Positions 10,818 to 20,300 of a stretch of DNA of 64,000 nucleotides are shown here, in pieces (position 1 is the first letter of the stretch; every line of letters starts with the position of its first letter). This DNA is from Eubacteriales bacterium (lineage in GTDB: Bacteria; Bacillota; Clostridia; Oscillospirales; CAG-272), in the NCBI GenBank assembly GCA_045632405.1, contig JAZQWO010000013.1:6085-70084 (forward strand), read 5' to 3'. The notes under the pieces were generated by a model. That model did no database searches and was not told the DNA's origin. It saw only the letters and a list, made by a program, of their open reading frames with translations. A program made the position numbers and the translations under genes.

Positions 10818-10981
10818 TTAGCTACTCTTTTTAAAGGTCGAAAAGCTTTGCTTTTCCTCTTTTAATTATATTTTGGTTTTTATTTCCGATTTTCACCTCT
10901 CGACGTACACAGTACGCCTTTGGGAGAAAATCGAAAATTTCTGCTCCTAATCTGGCAGTCTTTTTTTATTTCTATTCAAAA

Positions 10982-11012
10982 CAAAAGACTATTCCGTTAA
11001 GAATAGCCTTTT
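10982..11012 (-). terminator. probable terminator of the oxidoreductase gene
   Basis: Minus strand has stem ggctattc/gaatagtc (one mismatch) followed by ttttgtttt. Confidence 0.5.
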
Positions 11013-11015
11013 TGA

Positions 11016-12065
11016 TTAATATTCAAATTTAATTGTTTGACCAAGCTCTGCTGACTTAAATGCGTGCTCCATAATTTTCATATCGAGGCGCATTTGGTCG
11101 TGGGTAACCATTTGTGTTGTTTTGCCGTCAATAGCGGAAACAAAGTTGCGGTAAAAATCGTGCACGTCGCTCTTTGGGATGTCAAGCTCGTAGGTGTCAA
11201 GAGTAACGCTGTCACGGGGTGCCATGGTCTTTGTAAGACCTGCCGCTGTTTGAACAGGCAACACATCATTTTCGTGCCAATATTTGCACTTGGCAACCTG
11301 TGTCTTTTCTCTCCAATCTTGGATGAGAGCGCTGCCGTTTTCCGCCTTCATATAAAATCTTGGCAAGGCAATAAAGTTATATGTACCAACCTCAACAAAG
11401 GCAACCGCGCCGCTCTTAAATGTGATGGTAAGATAGAAGCCGTCGTCAACCTCTTTGTTGGTGATATTTGTTACAGTACAGTTTATTGTGTCAATAACAT
11501 CATCCTTAAAAATGAGCATAAGCTGGTCGATCAAGTGGATGCCCCAGTCGAGTATCATGCCGCCGCCGTGCTCCTTTTCGCCTCTCCAGTCGGAAGGGAT
11601 GCCGCGAGAGCCGTGGATTCTTGATTCTATACGGAGTGGCTTACCAATCTCGCCACTGTCCTTGAGCTGCTGCATAGCGAGATAGTCAACGTCAAAACGT
11701 CTGTTTTGGTGAACTGTGAAAAGCTTGCCGCTTTCCAAAGAAGCCGAAATCATTTCCTCAAGGTCGGAGGAGGAAAGAGCTACAGGCTTTTCGCAAATAA
11801 CGTTCTTGCCACCCTTTAAGCATTTAACAACAGTTTCGAGATGCACATCGTTAGGAATAGCAATGGTAACAAGCTCAACGCTCTTGTCATTGATAACCTC
11901 GTCAAGCGAGGAGTAAGCATAAATGCCCATATTTCTTGCCTTTTCGCATTTTGCTTCGTCTATATCATAAATGCCGGCAAGCTCCAAAACATCGCTCTTC
12001 TGCGCGTGGTTAACGTGCCAGGAGCCCATACCGCCAAAGCCGATTACTGCAATTTTCTTTTTCAT
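11016..12065 (-). CDS. Gfo/Idh/MocA family NAD(P)-dependent oxidoreductase
   Basis: N-terminal Rossmann motif KIAVIGFGGMGSWH, EKP motif (VICEKPVA), C-terminal alpha/beta domain. Confidence 0.85.
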   Translation of the reverse strand: MKKKIAVIGFGGMGSWHVNHAQKSDVLELAGIYDIDEAKCEKARNMGIYAYSSLDEVINDKSVELVTIAIPNDVHLETVVKCLKGGKNVICEKPVALSSSDLEEMISASLESGKLFTVHQNRRFDVDYLAMQQLKDSGEIGKPLRIESRIHGSRGIPSDWRGEKEHGGGMILDWGIHLIDQLMLIFKDDVIDTINCTVTNITNKEVDDGFYLTITFKSGAVAFVEVGTYNFIALPRFYMKAENGSALIQDWREKTQVAKCKYWHENDVLPVQTAAGLTKTMAPRDSVTLDTYELDIPKSDVHDFYRNFVSAIDGKTTQMVTHDQMRLDMKIMEHAFKSAELGQTIKFEY

Positions 12066-12170
12066 AATATACCTCGGTCAAAAAAGAATATTTGTTCCTT
12101 ATATATTATAACAAATATAAAATAAAAGTCAATACATAAAACAAAATAATGGGTAACAAAGCAAAACAAA

Positions 12171-12266
12171 AGGGCTGCAATCGCAACCCTTTTAAATGTC
12201 TTAGTGAACGAGGCACTTCTGTGTGTCTTTATGAAGAATAGAATTCTTTCAGCTTCGATAGCAACC
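12171..12266 (-). pseudogene. degenerate copy of the last ~20 codons plus terminator of the MsmX-type gene (fragment A)
   Basis: Near-identical to 12607-12705, with a 1-nt deletion that breaks the frame. Confidence 0.8.
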
Positions 12267-12423
12267 AAGGCGAAAACAATTGAATAAGCATATTCGAAGG
12301 GACGAAATGGCGAGGAGATTACGGCACAGAATGGTGAAGAAATATTTGATATTTCAAGACATTATGTGCTGGAATGTACCGTCATATCGGCTTTTCGGGT
12401 GTGCTTTGAGAATGTTTTTGCCG

Positions 12424-12517
12424 TTATTTTGTCGCCTGCGCGAGCCTGTGAACGAGAAGATACTCTTGCTGTCATATTCTGCTCACCTGCCCTGCGGTAG
12501 AGGTAAATTTCAGCACA
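12424..12517 (-). pseudogene. degenerate copy of the adjoining upstream ~30 codons of the MsmX-type gene (fragment B)
   Basis: Near-identical to 12706-12799 (peptide ...GEQNMTARVSSRSQARAGDKI...). Confidence 0.8.
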
Positions 12518-12520
12518 ACC

Positions 12521-12590
12521 GTAGGGGACGACGTCCGCGGGAACCCCAAGCCTCATACATTCGGCTTGAGGACCCCTGTCCTCGGCGTCC
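12521..12590. repeat. GTAGGG-type palindromic intergenic element
   Basis: gtaggggacgacgtcc (palindrome ggacgacgtcc at 12526-12536), hairpin aagcc...ggctt, then ggacccctgtcctcggcgtcc. Confidence 0.6.
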
Positions 12591-12638
12591 AGAAAGAAAA
12601 ATAAAAAGGGTTGCAATTCTGCTACCCTTTTAAATGTC

Positions 12639-13751
12639 TTAGTGAACGAGGCACTTCTGTGTGTCTTTATCGAAGATGTGAATTCTTTCAGCTTCGATAG
12701 CAACCTTGATTTTGTCGCCTGCGCGAGCCTGTGAACGAGAAGATACTCTTGCTGTCATATTCTGCTCACCTGTTGTGAGATAGAGGTAAATTTCAGCACC
12801 CATAAGCTCAGTAACATCAACGTCAACCTCGATAACATTCTCAGCGAATTTTTCCATAAAGATTTCCTCGTCGTGAATGCACTCAGGACGGATACCGATA
12901 ACAACTTCCTTGCCGTAGTAGTCAGCAAGAGCAGGGTCGTTAGCCTTAACGTCAGGAATCAAGAGCGAGTGACCCTCGAATGAAACGTATGCCTTGTCGT
13001 CCTTCTTTTCAAGAACAGCATTGATAAAGTTCATTTGTGGTGTACCGATAAATCCTGCAACGAACATATTAACAGGCTTATCGTAAAGATTTTGTGGAGT
13101 GTCAACCTGCTGGATGAAGCCGTCCTTCATAACTACAATTCTTGTAGCCATTGTCATCGCCTCAACCTGGTCGTGAGTTACGTAAACGAATGTTGTACCA
13201 ACTCTCTTGTGAATCTTTGTAAGCTCAGTTCTCATTGTTGCACGGAGCTTAGCGTCAAGGTTGGAAAGAGGCTCGTCGAGCAAGAATACCTTAGGGTTAC
13301 GAACGATAGCACGACCGAGCGCAACTCTCTGCTTCTGACCACCGGACATAGCCTTTGGCTTTCTGTCAAGCAAGTGAGTGATGCCGAGAATTTCAGCAGC
13401 CTCCTCAACACGGCGCTTGATTTCTTCCTTTGGTGTCTTTCTAAGCTTCAAGCCGAAAGCCATATTTTCATAAACTGTCATATGTGGATAAAGAGCATAG
13501 TTCTGGAAAACCATGGCAATATCTCTGTCCTTAGGAGCAACGTCGTTCATAAGCTTGTCGCCAATGTAGAACTCGCCCTCAGTGATTTCCTCAAGACCTG
13601 CGATCATACGGAGAGTTGTGGACTTACCGCATCCGGAAGGACCAACGAAAATGATAAATTCCTTGTCCTGAATGTCAAGACAGAAATCTGATACAGCGGT
13701 AACGCCGCCAGGGTATTTCTTGTAGATGTGCTTAAGTGATAAACTTGCCAT
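12639..13751 (-). CDS. msmX: sugar ABC transporter ATP-binding protein (MsmX/MalK/UgpC type)
   Basis: Walker A GPSGCGKST, LSGGQKQRVALGRA, FLLDEPLSNLD, C-terminal regulatory TOBE-like domain. Start moved to ATG 13751 after GAGGAG. Confidence 0.9.
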   Translation of the reverse strand: MASLSLKHIYKKYPGGVTAVSDFCLDIQDKEFIIFVGPSGCGKSTTLRMIAGLEEITEGEFYIGDKLMNDVAPKDRDIAMVFQNYALYPHMTVYENMAFGLKLRKTPKEEIKRRVEEAAEILGITHLLDRKPKAMSGGQKQRVALGRAIVRNPKVFLLDEPLSNLDAKLRATMRTELTKIHKRVGTTFVYVTHDQVEAMTMATRIVVMKDGFIQQVDTPQNLYDKPVNMFVAGFIGTPQMNFINAVLEKKDDKAYVSFEGHSLLIPDVKANDPALADYYGKEVVIGIRPECIHDEEIFMEKFAENVIEVDVDVTELMGAEIYLYLTTGEQNMTARVSSRSQARAGDKIKVAIEAERIHIFDKDTQKCLVH

Positions 13752-13902
13752 TTTTTTACTCCTCGCCCACATGGGCTATTATGTAGAATTTGCGGTGATT
13801 TTGCCAATATGCGCAAAATAGCCACATTACGTTTATTTTACTATACATATATTATAACAGAAACATTTGCAAAATGGAATAGCCGTTTTGAACAAATTTC
13901 AC

Positions 13903-13937
13903 TCACTGTTTTTGTGAAAGGTGCACAAAAACAGTGA
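13903..13937 (-). terminator. 14-bp perfect hairpin, possible tex terminator
   Basis: tcactgtttttgtg / cacaaaaacagtga with a 7-nt loop, 53 nt downstream of the tex stop. The T-tract is weak. Confidence 0.4.
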
Positions 13938-13989
13938 AGAATTTTGAGCAAAAGCACTAAAATGTAAAATTGTTTGTGCAATCTTACAA

Positions 13990-16155
13990 TTATAATTTCA
14001 TTGTCAAGCTGATTCGCTTTTTCTTTAGGTCAACGCCCTTGATTTTAACGGTAACAATGTCACCAACGCTAAGCGCTTCGCTTGGGTGCTTGATAAACTT
14101 TTCGGAAATTTCGGAAACGTGAACAAGACCGTCCTGGTGAACGCCAATATCAATGAACGCACCGAAGTCGATAACGTTACGAACTGTACCAGTCATAATC
14201 ATTCCTTCCTTCAAATCCTCCATTCCAAGCACGTCATCACGGAGAATTGGGAGTGGCAAGGAGTCACGCACGTCACGACCGGGCTTTTCAAGCTCGCCAA
14301 CAATGTCAAGAAGAGTAGGCTCACCGATACCAAGCTCCTCTGAGAGCTTCTTTGTTCCGTATTTAGCGCACTTTTGGCGAATGTCGGAAAGACCTGCGCC
14401 AACGCTTTCAAGAGTATAGTCAAATTTAGCAAGAAGCGCCTTTGCTGCCTCGTAGGATTCGGGGTGAACGCCTGTGTTATCAAGAATTTCATTCGAGCCT
14501 GGAACACGAAGGAAGCCTGCGCACTGCTCATAAGCCTTAGCGCCAATCTTTGGCACCTTCAAAAGCTGCTCTCTCTTGGTGAACTCACCGTTTGCCTCAC
14601 GGTACTTAACAATGTTTTTAGCACTTGTCATATTGATACCTGAAATGTATGAGAGCAAGGAGTATGAAGCGGTATTTACGTCAACACCGATAGAGTTAAC
14701 GCAGTCCTCAACAACACCGCCAAGAGCCTCGTCAAGGCGAGCCGCCTTCATGTCGTGCTGATACTGACCAACACCGATAGACTTAGGGTCGATTTTAACA
14801 AGCTCTGCAAGTGGGTCCTGCAAGCGTCTTGCAATGGAAACAGCGGAACGCTGTGTAACGTCAAAGTCAGGGAACTCCTCAGCGCCAAGCTTAGAAGCGG
14901 AGTAAACAGAAGCACCTGCCTCACTTACCATAATGTACTTCTTGTCGCTATTGGCAATCTTTTTGAGAACGCCCGCAATAAAGATTTCGCTTTCCTTGGA
15001 CGCTGTGCCGTTACCGATAGCAACAACGTCAACGTCGTATTTGTTAATCAAGCGCTCAACAATTCTTGAAGAGCCCTCAATGTCCTCACGTGGCTTAGTT
15101 GGGTAAATAACTGCAGTGTCAATAACCTTACCTGTCTTGTCAACAACAGCAAGCTTACATCCTGTACGGTAGCCTGGGTCGTAGCCAAGAACGGTCTTTC
15201 CCTTGAGAGGTGCTTGCATAAGCAAATGCTTTAAGTTATCGGAGAAGAGCTTGATAGCGCCCTCGCTTGCCTCGTCAAAGAGTGCGGTGCGGATTTCTCT
15301 TTCAACAGATGGCTTAATAAGTCTGTCATATGAGTCAACAATAGCTGCCGCAATATACTGCTTTGCAGGGCTATTTGTATTGGTGATAATCTTGCTGAAA
15401 AGATAATTCAAAATAATTTCCGAGTCAACGTTAACATCAACCTTCAAAAATTCTTCCTTTTCACCACGGTTAATGGCAAGCACACGGTGACCTGGGATTT
15501 TCTTGATGCTTTCGTTGTAATCGTAGTAGGAGCTATATACAGAGTCCTCATCCTTTGCATTCTTTGAAACAATTGTTCCGTGGTCGTGGGTAAGAGTACG
15601 GATACCCTTTCTGAAATCAGCATTGTCGGAAATGTCCTCAGCGATAATGTCCTTAGCGCCGTTCATAGCATCCTCAGCAGTCTTAACGTGTTTCTTAGGA
15701 TCCTCGTTTTCTGTGGTGATATAATCAGCCGCAATTTCCATCAAATCCTTTTCGTAAGCATCGCGCTGTTCCATCAAAAGCTGTGCAAGAGGCTCAAGTC
15801 CCTTTTCACGGGCAATTGATGCTCTTGTTGCTCTCTTTGGCTTGTATGGGCGGTAAATATCCTCAACCTCGGTAAGAATTTGAGCTTTGTTAAGAGCCTC
15901 TACAATCTCATCTGTCAGCTTGCCCTGCGCCTCGATAAGAGAGCGAACCTCTTCCTTTCTTGTTTCAAGGTTGCGCAGATACTTGAGTCTTTCATCAAGG
16001 TTACGGAGAACAGTATCGTCAAGTGAGCCTGTAACCTCTTTTCTGTATCGTGCGATAAATGGGATTGTGTTTCCATCGTCAATAAGTCCAACGGTTGCCT
16101 CAACCTGACTTACCTTTAAGCTGAATTCCTTTGCAAGTGTTTCAATAATGTTCAT
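13990..16155 (-). CDS. tex: Tex-like transcription accessory protein (S1 RNA-binding domain)
   Basis: 721 aa; N-terminal Tex domain (IPFIARYRKE), YqgF-like and HhH regions, C-terminal S1 domain (GTVRNVIDFGAFIDIG). Confidence 0.9.
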   Translation of the reverse strand: MNIIETLAKEFSLKVSQVEATVGLIDDGNTIPFIARYRKEVTGSLDDTVLRNLDERLKYLRNLETRKEEVRSLIEAQGKLTDEIVEALNKAQILTEVEDIYRPYKPKRATRASIAREKGLEPLAQLLMEQRDAYEKDLMEIAADYITTENEDPKKHVKTAEDAMNGAKDIIAEDISDNADFRKGIRTLTHDHGTIVSKNAKDEDSVYSSYYDYNESIKKIPGHRVLAINRGEKEEFLKVDVNVDSEIILNYLFSKIITNTNSPAKQYIAAAIVDSYDRLIKPSVEREIRTALFDEASEGAIKLFSDNLKHLLMQAPLKGKTVLGYDPGYRTGCKLAVVDKTGKVIDTAVIYPTKPREDIEGSSRIVERLINKYDVDVVAIGNGTASKESEIFIAGVLKKIANSDKKYIMVSEAGASVYSASKLGAEEFPDFDVTQRSAVSIARRLQDPLAELVKIDPKSIGVGQYQHDMKAARLDEALGGVVEDCVNSIGVDVNTASYSLLSYISGINMTSAKNIVKYREANGEFTKREQLLKVPKIGAKAYEQCAGFLRVPGSNEILDNTGVHPESYEAAKALLAKFDYTLESVGAGLSDIRQKCAKYGTKKLSEELGIGEPTLLDIVGELEKPGRDVRDSLPLPILRDDVLGMEDLKEGMIMTGTVRNVIDFGAFIDIGVHQDGLVHVSEISEKFIKHPSEALSVGDIVTVKIKGVDLKKKRISLTMKL

Positions 16156-16158
16156 GTC

Positions 16159-17214
16159 TTATGCCTCTGCCTTTTCAATAAAATCTTTTACAAAATAAGT
16201 GTGGGTGTGTGCATTGTTGCCAAACTCGTCGCGAAGGGAAATTCTGAAATATACATCGCTTTGACGGAGTGGAAACTCTGCGTGGGTGATTGTTTCGCCC
16301 GCTGGGGCTGTTATGTGTCTGTCACATCTGCCGTAGCCGTTTATGTTAATGTTGGTAACGGGAGTACAGTCGATTTTAATAATGTTGTCCTCAACGTAAA
16401 GTGAGTTGAACATAGGTGGGTTGTCACGTCCGCTTGTGCAGTAAATGTGACCCTTTTCCATAGCCTCGATAATCTGGTCGTACTTCAATTCCTTTGCACC
16501 GATAATAGTTGAGCCACCAAAGGATTCACGCACGCTGTCGCCGTGGTTGTGGTTGTCGTCACCCATTGTGCAAACAAGGTTGAACATACCGTTTCGCACC
16601 ATATCGTCATAAATGTAAGGGCAATATTCTGAGCCTGTTTCAAGCTCGGTTGCGTAGTTCAATATTTCAAGACCCCAAAGCCCTTCCATATTTATATAGT
16701 CCTCTCGCTCGTTGAGTGACCAATATGGGTGGTTGAGCTGAACGAGGAATCCTGCCTCGTTGCAGCGCTTAATAAGCTCATTGATGCTTTCCTTTGTGAA
16801 TTCGCGTATAAAGCCGTCACACTTGGTGTCGGGATAGCGGTTTTGCAAAATCCATTGCTGTTCAATGGCGGTACCCGGCATAAAGGTGTTGTGTGGGTTT
16901 TTGGAGAAAATGTTCAAGTGGACACATTTTCTGCGTGGCCACTCTCCTGTGTCAACACCGAAAATCTGTGGGAAGGACGCACCGTTGTCGTTGATGGCAT
17001 ACTCACTGCTTGTGAGAGCCAAAAAGTCCTCGTCATTCAAATCGGAATGGTCAAGCAAAACATCGTGGTCTGTGTAAGCAACAATAGAGTAGCCGTGGTT
17101 TTTGTAAACCTCTTTTACCTTCTCGGGTGTGTATGCACCGTCGGAATGTACTGTGTGACAGTGGAAATTTGCTCTGTACCAATTAAGCCCCTCGGGCAAA
17201 ATGTATTTCTTCAT
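16159..17214 (-). CDS. PHP-domain metal-dependent phosphoesterase, paralogue 3
   Basis: NFHCHTVHSDG, AYTDHD, NHPYW, GDDNHNH are the PHP ligand motifs. Lies 3 nt upstream of tex. Confidence 0.75.
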   Translation of the reverse strand: MKKYILPEGLNWYRANFHCHTVHSDGAYTPEKVKEVYKNHGYSIVAYTDHDVLLDHSDLNDEDFLALTSSEYAINDNGASFPQIFGVDTGEWPRRKCVHLNIFSKNPHNTFMPGTAIEQQWILQNRYPDTKCDGFIREFTKESINELIKRCNEAGFLVQLNHPYWSLNEREDYINMEGLWGLEILNYATELETGSEYCPYIYDDMVRNGMFNLVCTMGDDNHNHGDSVRESFGGSTIIGAKELKYDQIIEAMEKGHIYCTSGRDNPPMFNSLYVEDNIIKIDCTPVTNININGYGRCDRHITAPAGETITHAEFPLRQSDVYFRISLRDEFGNNAHTHTYFVKDFIEKAEA

Positions 17215-18275
17215 TTTAGTTGCTCCTTATCTAAAAAATCTGCTGCCTTGTAATAATGTGTATGAGCATTGTTGCCATACTTGTCACGCACGGTTACGCG
17301 GAACATAACGTCCTTTGGTTCAAGCTTGAACTCTGCGTGAGTTATTTCCTGTCCATCTGTTGGCTGGTGGCAATAGCTCCTGCCAAGGCCTGTTACAATA
17401 ATATCGGTGGCAGGTGAGCAGTCTATTTTTAACATTCCGTCCTCAACGTAAAGAGAGTGAATGCGTGGCGGATTTTTACCACTTGCACAGTAGAAGCTGC
17501 CGCTTTCCAAGGCTTCCATTACAGTGCTGTAGTCAAGGGATGAAGCACCGATAAAGGTAGAGCCGCCAAATGACTCCTCAAGGCTACCGCTTGGGTTGTG
17601 ATTGTCGTCACCCATAACGCAAAATAGATTGTAGTCGCCTGCGCGCACCATATGGTCATATATGTACGGGCAATATTCCGCACCTGTTGCCCGCTCCGTT
17701 GCGTAGTTGAGAATTTCAAGTCCCCAAAGTCCTTTTATATTAAGGTAATCATTCATATCGTTGAGTGACCAGTTGGGGTGGTTTAACGAAACTAAAAACC
17801 CGTTATCGTTAAGCCTTTTTACCATTTCATTAATAGAGTCAACCGTGTATTCTCGGTGATAGTCGTCACACGCGATTGTACCAATGTCGCGCCCCTGCGC
17901 TCTCCACCACATATCGAAAAGAGTGTTATCGGTGGCAGGGTGGAAAACATTATGCGGGTCCTTTGAATAAACGCCTAAGTGCATAACCTTTCTGACGCAC
18001 CACTCCTCGCTATTATCTTTGCCGGGAAGCTCAAAGGACGGCTTACAGTCGTCAATGGAATATTCACTGGCGGTAATAGCCAAAAAGCTCTCGTCGCTAA
18101 GGTCGGAATGGTCACGTATAAGCTCGTGGTCGGAGTATGCCACAATGGAGTAGCCCATTTCCTGATACACCTCTTTGATTTCCTCGGGAGTGAAGTGACC
18201 GTCAGACACAGTGGTGTGGCAGTGCATATTGGCTCTGTACCAATTAAGCTTTGGTGAAATAATATACCTTTTCAT
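17211..18275 (-). CDS. PHP-domain metal-dependent phosphoesterase, paralogue 2
   Basis: NMHCHTTVSDG, AYSDHE, NHPNW, GDDNHN. ATGA overlap with paralogue 3. Confidence 0.75.
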   Translation of the reverse strand: MKRYIISPKLNWYRANMHCHTTVSDGHFTPEEIKEVYQEMGYSIVAYSDHELIRDHSDLSDESFLAITASEYSIDDCKPSFELPGKDNSEEWCVRKVMHLGVYSKDPHNVFHPATDNTLFDMWWRAQGRDIGTIACDDYHREYTVDSINEMVKRLNDNGFLVSLNHPNWSLNDMNDYLNIKGLWGLEILNYATERATGAEYCPYIYDHMVRAGDYNLFCVMGDDNHNPSGSLEESFGGSTFIGASSLDYSTVMEALESGSFYCASGKNPPRIHSLYVEDGMLKIDCSPATDIIVTGLGRSYCHQPTDGQEITHAEFKLEPKDVMFRVTVRDKYGNNAHTHYYKAADFLDKEQLK

Positions 18276-19330
18276 TAGTCGTTTTTGGTCATAAGGTCGC
18301 TAACCTTATAGTAGTGGGTGTGTGCGTTGTTGCCAAATTTGTCACGTACAGTTACGCGGAACATAATGTCCTGTGGGTCAAGACGGAACTCTGCGTGAGT
18401 TGCCTCTGTGCCCTCGGTATTTGCAAAACGGAAGTTTCTGCCAAGTCCTGTTACAAAAATATCAGTAGCAGGTGAGCAGTCAATCTTGATTATGTTGTCT
18501 TCTACATAAAGAGCTTCGATTTTTGGTGGATTTTTGCCGCTTGCACAGTAGAAGTTACCACTTTCCAATGATTCCATAATCTGGTCATATTTCAATTCCT
18601 TAGCGCCTATAATGGTAGAGCCGCCGAAGGAGTGGTCAAAGCTACCGCCACGGTTGTGGTTATCGTCACCCATATTGCAGAAAAGGTTGTAGTTGCCTGA
18701 TCTTACCATATGATCATAAATGTATGGGCAGTATTCCGCGCCCGAAATGCGCTCTGTTGCGTAGTTGAGAATTTCAAGTGACCAAAGACCCTTGATATTA
18801 AGGTAATCATTCATATCGTTGAGCGACCAGTTTGGATGGTTCATTGAAACCAAGAAGCCTGCATCGTTGAGTCTTTTAACAGTCTCGTTTATGCTCTCAA
18901 TTGTGTAAACTCTTTGATAACCGTCACAGGTTGCACCTGTCATATCCTTGCCCTGACTTTTCCACCAGTTAAATGCGCCCTCGTCGGTTGCAGGATGGAA
19001 AACGTTGTTTGGGTCCTTGGAATAAACACCTAAGTGTATTGTTTTGCGAGCCTTCCAAGCGTCCATATAGCCACCGTCCGGGAACTCAAAGACAGGCTTA
19101 CCGTCGGTGATGGAAAATTCACTTGATGTGATTGCCAAAAACTCGTCATCGGTCAGCTCGTTATGAGTGCGGATAATCTCGTGGTCTGTGTATGCGACAA
19201 TGGAATAACCCATATTTTTGTATGCTTCCTTAATAGCCTCAGGAGAATAGTAGCCGTCTGATACGGTTGTGTGACAGTGCATATTAGCTCTGTACCAGTT
19301 AAGCTCGGGTGAGATCAAGTACTTTTTCAT
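18275..19330 (-). CDS. PHP-domain metal-dependent phosphoesterase, paralogue 1
   Basis: NMHCHTTVSDG, AYTDHE, NHPNW, GDDNHN. 1-nt overlap with paralogue 2. Confidence 0.75.
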   Translation of the reverse strand: MKKYLISPELNWYRANMHCHTTVSDGYYSPEAIKEAYKNMGYSIVAYTDHEIIRTHNELTDDEFLAITSSEFSITDGKPVFEFPDGGYMDAWKARKTIHLGVYSKDPNNVFHPATDEGAFNWWKSQGKDMTGATCDGYQRVYTIESINETVKRLNDAGFLVSMNHPNWSLNDMNDYLNIKGLWSLEILNYATERISGAEYCPYIYDHMVRSGNYNLFCNMGDDNHNRGGSFDHSFGGSTIIGAKELKYDQIMESLESGNFYCASGKNPPKIEALYVEDNIIKIDCSPATDIFVTGLGRNFRFANTEGTEATHAEFRLDPQDIMFRVTVRDKFGNNAHTHYYKVSDLMTKND

Positions 19331-19407
19331 TTTAGTATTCCTTTCTTATTTAAACCTCCATTTGAGAGGGAGGCGGATTTTGCAAAGCAAAAGACGGAGG
19401 GAGAGAT

Positions 19408-20106
19408 TTACTTCCCCACAAAATATTCTTCTTCCTTTGGTGTCAGATACCGCCACTCGCCGCGGCAAAGAGAGGTGTCCAATTTTATATCTCCAAAGGA
19501 AATTCTTTCAAGATAAGTGATTTTGTTGCCAACCGCTTCAAGCATACGCTTGATTTGGTGATATTTGCCCTCGGTCAAGGTTATTTCGCCGCTCTGCGCC
19601 GATGTCAATTTAACAGTGCAGGGCTTTGTCAGATAGCCGCCAATGTCAACACCATGCTCTAATTTTTCCACGTCTGTCGCGGAAAGAGGAGTGAGGGACT
19701 CAAAGCGATAAATCTTTGAAACGTGATGCTTAGGGGAGAGGAGCCTGTGAGCATTTTCTCCATCGTTTGTCAAAATCACAAGACCAAGTGTATTTTTGTC
19801 AAGTCTGCCACAGGGGAACAGCCCCTTGCGTCTGTCCTCAGGGTCAACAAGGTCTAAAACCGTCTTTTCCTGTGGGTCATCTGTGGCACTGACGTACCCC
19901 TCAGGCTTGTTTAACATAATGTATGTGAATTTTTTATAGCCAACGGTAATACCGTTTAATGTAACCACATCAGTGTCGGGGTTTATCTGCTGGTCGCTTT
20001 TTTTGGCAGGGACACCGTTTACAAGCACCTTGCCCGCGCGCACAAGCCTGCCGCTTTCGCTTCTTGTGGCCTTGCCCATGTTGGAAAGAAATTTATCAAG
20101 TCGCAA
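19408..20106 (-). CDS. pseudouridine synthase, RsuA/RluB/RluE family
   Basis: N-terminal S4 domain (MRLDKFLS...), catalytic GRLDKNTLGLVILTNDG. TTG start after AAGGGGGA. Confidence 0.85.
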   Translation of the reverse strand: MRLDKFLSNMGKATRSESGRLVRAGKVLVNGVPAKKSDQQINPDTDVVTLNGITVGYKKFTYIMLNKPEGYVSATDDPQEKTVLDLVDPEDRRKGLFPCGRLDKNTLGLVILTNDGENAHRLLSPKHHVSKIYRFESLTPLSATDVEKLEHGVDIGGYLTKPCTVKLTSAQSGEITLTEGKYHQIKRMLEAVGNKITYLERISFGDIKLDTSLCRGEWRYLTPKEEEYFVGK

Positions 20107-20237
20107 GCGCGCATCCCCCTTTTTATCTCTATAATATTATATTATATCACGCACTATATGAAAAGTAAATAATTTTTTGAACATTTAAACTTAAAAATTA
20201 TGCATTGTCGCAAAAAATAAAAAATTTCATAAAATTG

Positions 20238-20266
20238 TTGATTTTGCCACAGCAATATTGTATAAT
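20238..20266 (+). promoter_or_regulatory. sigma-A-type promoter of the NifU-like/GGGtGRT pair
   Basis: TTGATT (20238-20243), 17 nt spacer, TATAAT (20261-20266). Confidence 0.65.
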
Positions 20267-20300
20267 GTAATGGAAAAAATATAATTAAGGAGAAAATCAT

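Noticed and set aside
12280-12703. ORFs 12280-12633 (+) and 12362-12703 (-) as genes
   Set aside because: They run across the duplicated msmX fragments and the GTAGGG element. The minus-strand one merely re-reads the pseudogene fragment, and neither has an RBS.
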